From assembly GCA_002633005.1 (NCBI GenBank), contig NMRA01000319.1, forward strand, positions 289,546 to 353,545: DNA of 64,000 bases. The letters run 5' to 3'. The DNA comes from Phoronis australis (Eukaryota > Animalia > Phoronida). The notes beneath the pieces were generated by a model. It did no database searches. It was given only the letters and a program-made list of their open reading frames with translations, and was not told where the DNA came from. This document shows positions 1-13,400 of the stretch, one piece after another (the stretch's first letter is position 1; every line of letters starts with the position of its first letter). Made by a program: the position numbers and the translations under genes.

Positions 1-100
1 GTTACAGTGTACATTACTAAATATAATAATTTACAAATGTTCGCGATAACGTCGTACAAAAACTGAAGGATATTGTGTTGAATGAGCGTGATTGCATCTA

Positions 101-803
101 GGCCCGGGATTTATTTTTACTCGAAATCGAATTCGAAAGTATATTGGCATTCAATTTCTTCTTTGGTACGAGTTATTTATTATCCTGCTTTTGGGTTACG
201 CAAACTACTGAAGAGTCCAAACTCTCACAAACTCTAGTGAAAACTCAGCATTTTGAGCTCAAACTCGAACTTATATTTTTTATGCTTGGGTCATCATACA
301 CTCTTTCACAGTGCCACGAACGGTGCACTGAGGAATGTTGTTTAACGTGGCTCCTCATTGGTTAAAGTAATGAAACCGACGTCATAACATTCATTTCGGC
401 TTACTGTCCGACCTTTGACATGAATAGTAGCATTTTATTAAAACGGACAGTGATCGAAGTAAACAAAATCAACTGAGAAAACCCCGACCCAGTGGCTTAA
501 GCATAAACGAGTACAGTGCATAGAAGGCGTGTGCAAGTGGTGGCGATGTGATCGATGAACTTCTCACCAAGCATGCGCATTGATGCTCACACACGGAATT
601 CCGTGTGTCATTCACCATGGTTCCACAGGACCACTTTTCAGTATTGGTGGCGCTGTGTCAGAGGGTAGGGTCACCGATGCAAAATAAGATTACTCAGCTA
701 TATACGCAAATTATATTGTACTCGAGTGCAGAATACTCGATACTTATCATGAATTCATACCAAAGTAGAACGAGTTCGATTTCGAGTAAAACGATCACGG
801 ACC
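101..803. mobile_element. Degenerate MITE (GGYCC termini, PIF/Harbinger-like)
   Basis: Imperfect TIRs of about 50 bp: GGCCCGGGAT..TTTTACTCGAAATCGAATTCG vs CGAGTTCGATTTCGAGTAAAACGATCACGGACC; TSD not clear. Confidence 0.55.
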
Positions 804-1932
804 AATCTCAAAACTTTGCTGTTACGAGATAGAGCACTTTTCTAGTCTTGCACGTTGCGCGGTGACAAGTCTTCAACTGGAACATCAAGTTTTATCACAT
901 TTTCTTTTTTCTGCAATTTCTTTTTAATCTATAGTCTTTGTTCCATAGCAGAAACATTTATAAGCCTGTTAGGACATCTGTTATAGTTTGGCCGAGTACT
1001 GATCATGTCCTAGGTATATATCTTTCCTGAAAATCCACCAGTGTCCCTTTTGTCTTCTCTCTGGCATGCATCTCGTCGAGTGAATGACCCTAATTTTCCC
1101 TGTTCACTAACTTTAACATTTTGATGATTTTTAAAGTAATTTTGACTGCAAAAACTTAGGTGAAGTTGCACCATCGCCACTATTTCAAGCAATTGAATTG
1201 GATGATACATTAACAGTACGTAGAAATTTATGCCAAATGACGTCGTATGGAGGTCGGGAGATCCGTGCGACGGTCGTAAGCGCGTCGCATGGTTATCGCG
1301 TATGGGACGCTATCATTGTTTTCCTTTGTTGCGTGTTAGTTGGATATAACAATACAGGTCGCACGGATATCGTACCTTGGGTGCACATTAGCCGTTTTCG
1401 GATAAATGCTTACCATTATTTTTATTGTAAAATAGAAACACAAAGTGAATAATTGATACGCCTATCTACAAATAGATATGCGACGAGTTTGCGACCTAGT
1501 TCCCCATGGTGCAAAAGTGGTTGTTTTTTTCCAGGAAGCTATTTAAATATGGTTTTATTTTTAAGAAAATTAATGAGGTGTCCAGGTTTTATATCAACGT
1601 GGTGACGTGTCTTAGCCATGGCACAGACACGTTGCGTCAGAGACAATGTAAATTGTTAAACAAAACACCAACAGCTGGCGCTGTAGGTCAGGCACTGGAG
1701 AAACGTGCAGTGGGTTGTGCTGGGTGATTCGCGACTAATTATTTAAGCTGAAGGCAGTTCATCGTCTCTTTTCTATAAATTATGCAGTTGAACGCATATT
1801 GAAGTAGCAATGTCCACGCAGACCAGATCCAATAGAATTTTGGGGTATTCTGATTGGCTTCTGGGGCATGACAGAATGATTAATGCGCATTGCTCGTGTC
1901 AGTTTTAATTGTGCGATACGTGTTTTATCCAG

Positions 1933-4401
1933 GTTTTTACGGACATCGGTGCGACTCTGTTGACGTGTGCAGGGTTGAATCACCATGTCAAAATGGCGCC
2001 AGTTGTCGTAACGTGTCCTCTGGAAGGTATCACTGTGACTGCGCAGCTGGGTGGTCGGGTACCAACTGCACTTATTATGACCCCTGCGTAGAGGAACCAT
2101 GTCTCAATGATGGATTGTGCTTAAACAGAAGAAACAATCAGTCTGTGTGTATATGTAGCGGCGGCCATTACGGAAAGTATTGTGAAAAATACAACCCGTG
2201 CGCGGTAAAGCCGTGCAAAAATCAAGGTCGTTGCTCAAATCTCACGCAGACTACTTACCAATGCGCATGTCGAGAGGGTTTCTATGGTGATGACTGCGAG
2301 AGATTTAACCCCTGCGTGAGGTCACGATGTGACGAACACGGTACATGCAGGAACTTGAGCGACACTGACTACATGTGCGAGTGTGAGAGAGGTTACCAAG
2401 GAGCCAACTGCTCTGTGTACAACTCTTGCATCTTGGAGTCACCGTGCCAACATGGAGACTGTGAGCTCATCAGGAGTCATGAACACATGTGTCGCTGCTA
2501 TCAGGGATATTTCGGTAGCGCATGCCAACACTACAATCCATGCGTGGTGGTCAGGTGCGGCAACGGCGGCAGGTGCCGCAACTTGACCAATGACCGCTAC
2601 AGATGTGAGTGTCCGCGCGGTTACTACGGAGACCTCTGCGAGTACTACAATCCCTGCGTGGAGGAACCTTGTCAGAACGCCGGCCTCTGTAGAAACGTAT
2701 CCAGCGCTAACTACGTATGCACCTGCACTGCAGGGTATTTTGGTAAGACTTGCAATCGATATAACCCGTGTGTGTCACATCCTTGCCAAAATCATGCCAT
2801 TTGTAACAACATTACAGATTCAAATTATTCATGTAGTTGCAGAAGTGGTTATTACGGCACGCACTGCGAGTATTTCAATCCATGCGTGTTGAACCGATGT
2901 ATCAACGGGGCTACTTGCAATAATATTTCGTCGAATAGCTTCGTGTGTCATTGCCTGAATGGTTTTAGTGGAGCCACGTGTTCACATTACGACCCTTGTG
3001 TTGAGGATCCTTGTATAAACGGAGGCACTTGCTACAATAGCGAATCCCATCGGCACGAATGCCTCTGTAAACCAGGCTTCTACGGCGGAAATTGCGAAAA
3101 TTTCGACCCTTGTGTACGCCTGCCATGTTTGAATAACGGACATTGCACCAACACATCGAATATTAATTATTTCTGCACATGTCCGGATGGTTTTTTTGGC
3201 TCTCACTGTCAAAACTATGACTTTTGTTCCCGTGTAACTCCTTGTGAAAATGATGCAACGTGCAGTTTAATAAACGTTTCAACAACTACCCGGCAAGCAA
3301 CACTGGAGCCAATGCGTATTGGAAACACAACAGTGCAGTTGGCTAATTACTTCAGATGCATTTGCCGCATTGGTTACACAGGAGAACGATGTGAAACGGA
3401 GATAAACGAGTGTGTGTCATCTCCTTGCATCCATGGTTCTTGCAAGAACCTTCTCGGGAAATACAATTGTTTGTGCGAGGCTGGCTACGTAGGGGTCAAC
3501 TGTGAACTTAACATCAATGAGTGCGCTTCAGATCCTTGTCAACATGGTGGCGAGTGCATTGATCTCATTACAGGCTATCAGTGCGTTTGCGCAATAGGCT
3601 GGGAAGGAAGGAACTGCCATGTTAATGTTAACGAATGTCGTTCGAATCCTTGCACCAATGGCGGTTCGTGTGTCGACATGTTATCGGCGTACAGATGTGT
3701 TTGCCCTTCAGGTGTATACGGAACAAACTGCGAATTGCATGTAAACAATTGCATCAGTAATCCGTGTTTAAATGGTGGCAGCTGTGAGGATCTGATTGAG
3801 GACTACTACTGCGCGTGCGCTCCGGGTTATACGGGTCGGATTTGTCAAACAAACGTCGACGAATGTAGTTCTAATCCTTGTATCCACGGAACATGTCTTG
3901 ACGGCGTAGACGCCTTCACTTGCACGTGTCGTCCTGGATACAAGGGCTTACGCTGCGAAGAAGAGGTCAATGAGTGCTCGTCTAGGCCATGCAAAAATAA
4001 CGGTCTTTGTCACGACTTGGTAAATAGCTTCTTGTGTAGGTGTTTACCAGGTTTCAGTGGCACGACCTGCGAAATTGACATCCAGGAGTGCACCTCAAAT
4101 CCTTGCAGAAACGGGGCAACTTGCATTGATCTTATCAACGGTTACAAATGCTTTTGCCCTTATGGGTTTACCGGTGTCTATTGTCAAAACAATATACAGG
4201 AGTGCGACTCAAATCCGTGCCAAAATGGTGCCGCTTGTCTTGATCACGTAAATGCGTATTCTTGTGTGTGTTCCGTGGGTTTCGCTGGCGTACATTGTGA
4301 GACTAACGTGAATGACTGTGCTAGAGGCCCCTGTCAGCACGGAGCCACTTGTGTGGACAGAATCAATGGGTATACTTGTATTTGCCAAGAAGGTTACCTA
4401 G
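1933..4401 (+). CDS. aGPCR exon: giant EGF-repeat exon (823 codons, about 21 EGF repeats)
   Basis: tttatccAG|GTTTTTAC ... CTAG|GTgagg, phase 1-1; lies within ORF 1890..4424. Confidence 0.95.
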
Positions 4402-7400
4402 GTGAGGTGGCATGTGTCACGTGATCACACACCACACTACGCAACTGTGAACCACTCATTTGTCGATGATCAGAACAATTATAATTTCCATCTGATCTGC
4501 ACAGCACGTCTCAAGGAATTTCTTCTCAACATTTCCGACTATGGTTCTCACGAAATAATTTTTATCTTTTTCACTCACATTTGCGCGGTACTCGTTGTTA
4601 TCATCCTAGTATGGACCGCGCAAGTGGCAGAAAATAGTTAATAGAAAAATCAAACCTAATTCGTAAAAATCAAACCTGTTTGGAAAAGCAAACCTCTCGG
4701 TGGAAACGGGAACTAGCTAAGTGCGCGGAAAGGGCGAAATTATGAATTAGGTCCGATTTTTCTATTAGTTAAAACTATTTTTGCCCTTTCGATGGCCCAT
4801 ACCTTAGCCTGTCACAATAAATCTCAAAAAGCTGTCACACACATAGGAGTATTTTGCGGCGGGCATGGGGATATTCTCATACACTACCTTCATTGGAGCA
4901 AAGTTATGCCATATGCCCCTCGAGCAGCCAAGTCCAAATACACCTGTGACCACAAACCGCAAATTACTGTACCTATTATTAGCTTCTTAAATAACCGTCT
5001 TCATACGTTCTGCTTTTTTCAAATTGTTGCACCCACTCCTGATTTTAACGCCTAACTGGTTTACGTTGTACCGTTTTCTTCTCTATGAGCTTCGCATGCT
5101 CGTGTTACAAACGAAGAATGCACTTTTCGTAACTCGTCACTCTGGGCATGCGCAGAAAAAACTCTGCGAATGTCGTTTGTGTAACCTTCTTGATGTCCTT
5201 CACACGAATGACAAGAAATATGAACATTTTCAACGAACTTCATTTTGCGTTAAGACTTATAAAACAACATCTAGTATAAATTGTTTGTATTGGTAAAAGA
5301 CTGTCGATAGTAATCTGTGTTATCAAATGCATTTCTTTTTTTCAACTTTATTTACTGTTCATGTAATACGCGTACATTGATAAGTTCATAATAGACAATC
5401 TGCAACAAAAATCCGGCACTTAAACTTGCACGTATGGCAAAACAGTGCAATCACAATACAGGATCAGTAATTACGAATGGGAGCTAAATGAAGTGTCTCG
5501 AACTTATGCTTTAGGTTCGAACTGTCAGATTGAGGTGGACGAGTGCTCATCCCATCCCTGTCAAAACAGCGGCCAGTGTGTCGACCGGGTGAACGCGTAC
5601 ACGTGCCACTGTCGTCGTGGATACAGCGGCCCTTTTTGCGAGATTGTCGGTGAGGGTTATTGCATGTTTAAGCAGCGAAGAAACTAAGGGTCAGGTATTT
5701 TGTGAAACCAGTATATCGCCATGACAGGATCAACATGTAACAAATACAGCATATCACATGATTATAACCGTTTTTTGTTTGTAAGGCTAAGACCCAATTT
5801 TTAGTTTCAGTCCCGTGTGAAAGTTGAATTTGATATTGTTGAGTTGGTTAAATGGCAAAGTTTCTTTAATGTTGCCGATGAAGGATACGATTACCCTCAA
5901 CTATGTCAAAAAGTAAAAAATGTGTGAGAGATGATGAAAATGCTGACATCAATTAATATGGAAACATACAAACGACATCGTCTTCAAATCCACCTGGACG
6001 AACGATGAACGCCATCGTCAATTAACCTTCAAACGATCAAATTAAGTTGGGTATTATTGCAAAAAGACACAAATCACGAAAGTAATGACGACTCTTTTGA
6101 TTTTTAAAGATTAATATCACTTATTATGAGAAGCGTATCTACCTAACTGATTCCTAATCTTCAGTCATCAAGTGCTGGGGGAACCTCAGTTTTGTATTTT
6201 CCGCTCGGGTTCACGCACAAACCAGTCGACACACGTTACAGCCACGTTAGTCACAAAGGGACCCCAAAAATGTTTCCTGCCAATGTCTTTTATTGAATAA
6301 GATTCCATGCATTTCAGCGAAATGCAATCAACGAATTATTAAGACCAAGGAGGGTACGTTTGTGTGGCCGCAGACTAAGCACGGCATCACGGTGAATGTA
6401 TCCTGTCCCTATGGAGCCAAGAATGAATCGGTTGAAGGAACAGCCTACGCCACGTGTAGTCTTGGACAATACAATGATACCGCGTGGTCGGGAATTGACG
6501 TAACTAGATGCAAAGAAGTGAGTTTTGTAGATCAAAAGCACGTGACACATACATCTTATTTTTAGTCTCGTGCAATTCCTTGTATTAATTTTTTAGAAGC
6601 TTCAAACATGTCTTTAGCGGTACGTGTTAATACACCAGTCTTAGCCAATACTCATCTCTTAAACACACCTGTTTAGGGATTGCTTTAATTACCGACTAAC
6701 ACCAGTCTGAGCTCATTGATGCCATGAATTGCTAAACATCTACGTAACATATTCTTTCTTTACACTTCACAGTCGATGTCAAGTATTCCGAAGTGGTTCT
6801 TATTCATTCCCTTGCGTACATTCATTCACTCACTAATAAGACCGAGCTCAGAGGAGAAGGGGACACTTTTGTACAATGCTCGATTGTCTGCCAGTAAAAC
6901 CAGGGCCTCCCAAACGAGTGTTTGGAGCTCAAACCGCTGAGCCGCACTGTATCCCCTGTCTTCATTGCCCTTTTTCAATGAATCTCAGTCATACCTACAA
7001 CTATCAACAATATCCGCACACTCGCCTTTCACAAAGGTGTTGCATAGGCGGATTTAGGGGGAGAAGAGGGCCCGCCCCCCCCTCGGATGGAATCGTGTTC
7101 CCATTTTTTTTTATTTTTTTTTAGTCCACCGATAGATTTCTCGAACAAGAGGTCCACATCACCGGCCCCCGCCCCCCACAACTTTGGGGCCGCCTGTGCA
7201 TACAACCGCGGTTTGTCCAATTCCCCCGAGGCAACATGTTGGGCCCGTCCCCGTTGTGGTATCCTAGGTCCGCCGCTGTGTTCTACGCAATACTATTACT
7301 ATTACTAACAGCCAGAAATCTTGAACTTGTTCAAGTTCTCTGCTGACGGCTTCTCTGTTCTCGCGGTGACGCAACATCACCCCAAAATACTATTTCACTG

Positions 7401-10400
7401 ATGATTTGACGTTCATGTATTTGTGTGTTTTGAAAGTCGTGTTTTCGTGAGTTGCTAGTACTACATGTAGAGCTCAGTACATATAAAATAAGAACATCGG
7501 TCGACGGAAGGCTTTAAGGTAAGCCGAGCGGCAGGATACCATCAATAATGTTATGACAATGTGAATTCCATTGTATATTATACGATAACGGATAGCAGCT
7601 AGGCATAATGCACAAGAAAGGTCCTTGTCTGTACAATGACCACCATGACGACAGGCCGGCATATGTAAATGGTCAATTAATTACTCTGTCTTGGACAGAT
7701 TTTGGTGCGCAGCGTACAATTTCGTAGTCTTTCATATGCAATGTAAAATGGAAAGGAATCAATACAAATATAGAACGGATTTTAGGGAGAATTTTTACAA
7801 AAATATGAAGTAAATCCAAACACCAACACTGTTGTTATTGCATTTATAATTACAAACGCAGATATCAAAGTGTCGCTAATTAATAATGTAGTCTTTCTTG
7901 TAGCTTCACTGAGAAGGAGTTCACGTTTTATTTCCCATTTCAGCTAAATGCAGTGCAAGCCGAATTCGCCTTAAAGCAACTGAACAGACTAACGGCGAAT
8001 CCCTGCAATATGACGACGGACAACGTCGAGGAAGCCGCCACCACGTTGGAAAGTTTGGTTGAATATGCCATTCAGCATCGTGACGTGAGTAAAATGATTT
8101 ACAGAACTTACGATGCTGTGTTTTGTGATTTATTTAATTCCGCATCCATTAAAGTAGCATTCCATGTGAATATTGATTAATGAAAACGAGTCTCTGATTG
8201 CCTGTCCTGTATGCAAATGAGTAGGCCACCGTGAAGTTGGCCTCAATTTAATTCAAAGTATCAAATGCGTTCTTTTAAAAATCTTTGGCACACAGCAATG
8301 AGTCGCTCATAAGGGCAAAATCTCCATCAGGAAGCATTGGGACTTACTTTTCTGCATTTATAGGTTGCAGTACAAATGGTCTCCGTATTGAGCAGTCTAA
8401 TGGATGCAGATGCGAAGATCTTGCGTTTGAGCAGCGCCAACTACAGCGCATCTGAAAGGTAATATAATTTAACAATTGGTGGAACAGTGTTTACTTGGGT
8501 GATGTCTATTTCCAACAATTATTAATCAATATTAACGAGTAGTTGGCCACACTGTAACCCTATAAGAAAGTACACATTTGCGTTGTGGAAACCTGTTGAC
8601 ATCAAAAATATTCATTAAATTCTGTCAGCTATTAATAAAAGTGATTCTTAACTAAAAGTCTAAGTCTTATGACGTTCGGTGGCTTTATGAATGCTCAAAG
8701 GGTACATGAAGATAAGAGTGACTCAGCTGCGTTCTGCAACGTCGCGAGGATTCCGTGGTTTACTTTACAAGGATGCAAATGTTCTCCTTGAGACACAATT
8801 TACACCTATAGATGTCTATCTTAGAATATTGGTCATTGTGTTCATGGCGAGGTTCTTCATAGAATCTTTCAAATTCAGCTATGACAACGATTGAAAGAAA
8901 GAAACATAATTCCATCATATATCGTCTCTACCAGGTTCCGTGGCGTCATTGACAATTACACTGCAAATGCCGTGATAAATAACGCTACGGATTCAATTGA
9001 GATAGTCAGTCGAAACCTCCGAATAAAAGTGCTCGACAAAGTTATATTTATGTCGGGAAAGGAGCAAGACGTGCAGTATCAACCTGCCATGAATTCAACT
9101 GTCCGTGGAAAACTTACACACGTGGCCACGAAGGTAAGGTCCTCCTTAAAAATCTAGTGCACAGTTTGGTGCAAAAAGTTGCTAAATACCAGATACGGTA
9201 TTTTGAAGCCGCAAAACAGCTCGAGACGCTCGCTCTCTTTGTTTAATCATTTATTTGCTCAGCGAAATGAGAATTAGAAATAATGCTGTTACGGAAATTA
9301 AGTCTCCTGATCATCATTGTTGCATAGATAGTTATTGAAGATCAATGGCATTGCAATTATCCTGAAATTACTTCTGAGAAGATGTTCTTTTACTTGACGT
9401 TTAGAGAACATAACGCCAAAGGTTTACCTGTTAAATCTTCACTCTACAGGCGGACTTACAGTTGACACTACCCTTTGAAGCCTTACGAGTGTCGACACCT
9501 AACGAAACCAACTCAACACAGCGGATACAGTTTATCGCCTATCAAAATAGCAAATTCTTCGTTAGTAAAGAGAAGGAAAACGTGACTGCATCTGGGGATC
9601 TGGAGAATAGAACAGTTCTCTCAGCATCCATCAAGGATCGTAACATCACCAATCTAACTAAACCTGTACTGATTCGATTCCCCGTTGTTGACGGGGATAA
9701 AGTACCAAAATGTGTATTTTGGAACGAGTCAGGTGATTTGCTAATGGACAATCATTACTGTTTTGTTTGACTCCATTTTATTTCACCTTACTCCTTGACA
9801 TGTTGTCGCATATAGATACTTCCAAGAAAGATAAACGCTTTGTTTTGTCGTGTAGATGAGTTTTAGAAACATATTCTTTATTACAATATATATTCGTTTC
9901 ACGAGTATCATTAGGCTAACTAAACATCTTGAAATCTTTCCTAGAGTCCAGTTATCATGGTCGTGCGCACTCATTCATAGTTTGTATAACAAAAGGATTT
10001 ATTCTAGTATGAACAGAATAGTTGCATTGGCGAACATTTTGTGAAAGTAATATTTCTTCAACAGTTTTTACATTTCGGTATGCTCTTCCACCTGATTCCT
10101 CTATTTGTTTTACTCGGTGCATATACTTAATATTTCAGGCAAGGCGTGGTCTAGTGTTGGTATAGTGACGAACAACAAAACCGACGGCGGTGTCCTTTGT
10201 GAGGCTTCTCATTTGACCAACTTCGCCATTTTATTGGTAAGAGACACCAATTGCGACACATCCATGCTGATATTTTTTTAACTTTGGTTTGCAATGTTTG
10301 CCTAAGTCCAAGATTTCAACGACCAAAGAAAATGTTCATGTGACCCATCCCAACTCTAGATTTAGCATTTTGTATAAATCTCGGACTGTTGATGGCTAGG

Positions 10401-13400
10401 TCAGTCTGCGACTGGAAAGGACGGACGAAAAGTGGCAAGGATGGGGTTGCTTAAACTTGCAGTGAATATCTGCTTTCTAAGTGCGCATTTTATCGATATT
10501 GTGGCAACTGTGGCAAATGAGGGCTGTACCATGCATTTTTTGGGTATGAATTTATTATTTTTTACAACTCTATGACATCCAGACACGCGATCTGAGATCG
10601 CAATGTGAGCAAGTGGTTCGCCTTTCTCATCACAACTCCTTCGTTCCCATTTCTTGTCCGTCCGACAAATTTTAGTCTGCTCTTTTCGTCCCGTTTATTT
10701 TGGTTCTTCCCAATTCCCATCCACCCCTCCGATATTGGATGACAAAGCCTGCAGATTTAGCTTATTTTTCTGCTCTTCGTAGCTCGATTGCATCACTCCA
10801 GAAACCGTAACACGTTAACTATCAAACTTCTGAGCACCGGCAAAATACGATATCATCTGCGCCACCACCCTGGTCGGATGGTGAAAAAGTCTGGGAATTG
10901 TTCTAATTCGTTACGTTAGTTTAATCACCATATCTGTTTCTAGNACTCTGGATTTAGCATTTTGTATAAATCTCGGACTGTTGATGGCTAGGTCAGTCTG
11001 CGACTGGAAAGGACGGACGAAAAGTGGCAAGGATGGGGTTGCAGTGAATATCTGCTTTCTAAGTGCGCATTTTATCGATATTGTGGCAACTGTGGCAAAT
11101 GAGGGTTGTACCATGCATTTTTTGGGTATGAATTTATTATTTTTTACAACTCTATGACATCAAGACACGCGATCTGAGATCGCAATGTGAGCGAGTGTTT
11201 CTCCTTTCTCATCACAACTCCTTCCTTCCCATTTCTTGTCCGTCCGTCAAATTTTAGTCTGCTCTTTTCGTCCCGTTTATTTTGGTTCTTCCCAATTCCC
11301 ATCCACCCCTCCGATATTGGATGACAAAGCCTACAGATTTAGCTTATTTTTCTGCTTTTCGTAGCTCGCGTGAATATCAATCGACTGCATCACTCCAGAA
11401 ACCGGGACACGTTAACTATCAAACTTCTGAGCACCGGCAAAATACGATATCACCTGCGCCACCACCCTGGTCGGATGGTGAAAAAGACTGGGAATTGTTC
11501 TAATTCGTTACGTTAGTTTAATCACCATATCTGTTTTTAGAAGCTAGATACTCAAAAATGGCAACTTGTAACAAAAACGACAAAAATAAGGAATGTGTAC
11601 AATGAAGCTGGTTTCGAGACCAAGATAGTTTTAGTGTTCTTTGTTAATGATATCCCCAAATTGTTCCATTATGTTTTCTAACTTGAGTGGAGTAAAAGAA
11701 TTCATTGGTTTCGTTAACCTTACACTAATTCTGTGCTTTAGTATACGTCGGCCCAAGACGTTTATGTATAACATCCCAGAAAATGTACAACAATATTTGT
11801 CCCCCAATTCCTGAATTCGTCTTTTGTATGTTTTAACATCCAAGCATGTTTCATAACAGAATCCATTTGGAGGCACTTTGGTATCATATCAGGTATTACC
11901 ACGTATTCATGCGCTTTCAACTTCCAATAGTTCTTCGTCCACGCCCTTATTAATTTCTTTCGTTGTTTGCTGCAACCCACGTTATGAATTGCATGTTTTC
12001 TCATGTTGGGAGTCTTGAAGCTTCATTTCCTCTACTGACACCAAAGATTGCTCGAGAAGAAACATTTGTCTTCCATATTCCCCCACGCCTTGCAGGCGAA
12101 AGAACACTGAAGTAAGCACACGAAATAATTCGAAGCCAGACAAATTGCTTTGCATCGAGCAGTTGTAACTGAAGTCCTCTAGAATGTTTGAATTACGACG
12201 ATAGCGCTGAAGAACTGTTCTGCTCGATCATTTTAATTTGTTTTTAAACAAATTAAAATTCGTTTGTTGAGATTTGTTTGTTGTACATAACGCACTTGCA
12301 ACACTCGATATACGAACTTTCAATCATTTGCTATACATTAGATATTAGAAAAAAGTAAGAACGCAGTTTTGTGTTGTTGTCCCTTTCATACGCACCTAAA
12401 TGCATGTGTCGTTTCATACAGACTGTGTTGAAAATACATGATATTAAGTAGCATGTTTTCTTTTCATCTCCGAGCGACCAGAAAAGTTAAAACTAACATC
12501 TTCCAATTTATTCTTACACGTAGTGGTGCTTGGTCAGTGCCGGATTAAGGTTTCCCGGTGCCCCTCATCAATAAAAAGGCTGTGGTCCTAGTAATGCGAG
12601 TTCTGCCTGGTTGTAACAAAATCCCCGCGTTCGCCAAACGCCAACCCCCTCCGCCTCCATAATTGTCACTCCCACACCGTGGCCACAAGTTTCTTCCCAG
12701 TCGACACAACTTTCGAGATGGCCCCTGTTCCAACATGGTTCCTCTTTTGTGTGGGTCTCTAAGCTGTGCCTTTTTACTTTAAAAGATAATCCGGCACTGC
12801 GCATGGTTGAATTGCAGGTTCACGTTGTTATTTTCGTCGTTGTATTAAGCACAATATGTTATCTCTCGTTCTTTTCTCAACAGTCCTTTTGCATGTCACA
12901 TTAAAATTTTTATGACACCAAAGAATTAACGAATGGATGTCGTTCTGAGGAATGAAGGCTTTGAGTCGTCGTATGTTTATGTGGAATTATGGAAATTAAA
13001 TTGTTGATACTCGTTATCACTTGTTTAAAGAGGTCTAATTTTCCCGCATATCCGCAACCATTCCTCAAACTGTTACTCTAACTGTTTCAAATCGACGGTC
13101 CTTCAGTTTAGATATTTGCTTTTGTATGACGTCACATGTATATCGCCCAAATTCCTATGTCTAAGTAACCTTTGTATAAACAGGGCTTTGTCCAGTGCGA
13201 TTCGAACTGTATACGTTTGGAACATTGAATTTACCTCCCCGAATTCCTCCTTATTTGTTTTTTGGAGACCAGTGCCGGTTGCATGAAACAGCCCCAAATA
13301 GGGACTCGACTACGTTCCTAAATCTTTTGCGTATCTGTTTCTCTCTTCACTCATAGATGTTATATTTTTCTTTTATCATTTTATCTTCATTAGGAGCTCC

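Noticed and set aside
1890-4424. 844-aa EGF ORF as a stand-alone Notch, fibropellin, Crumbs or Delta gene
   Set aside because: It has no ATG or signal peptide, is bounded by splice sites and continues in frame into HRM/GAIN/7TM exons; no LNR, ankyrin, DSL, CUB or LamG domain is in the window.
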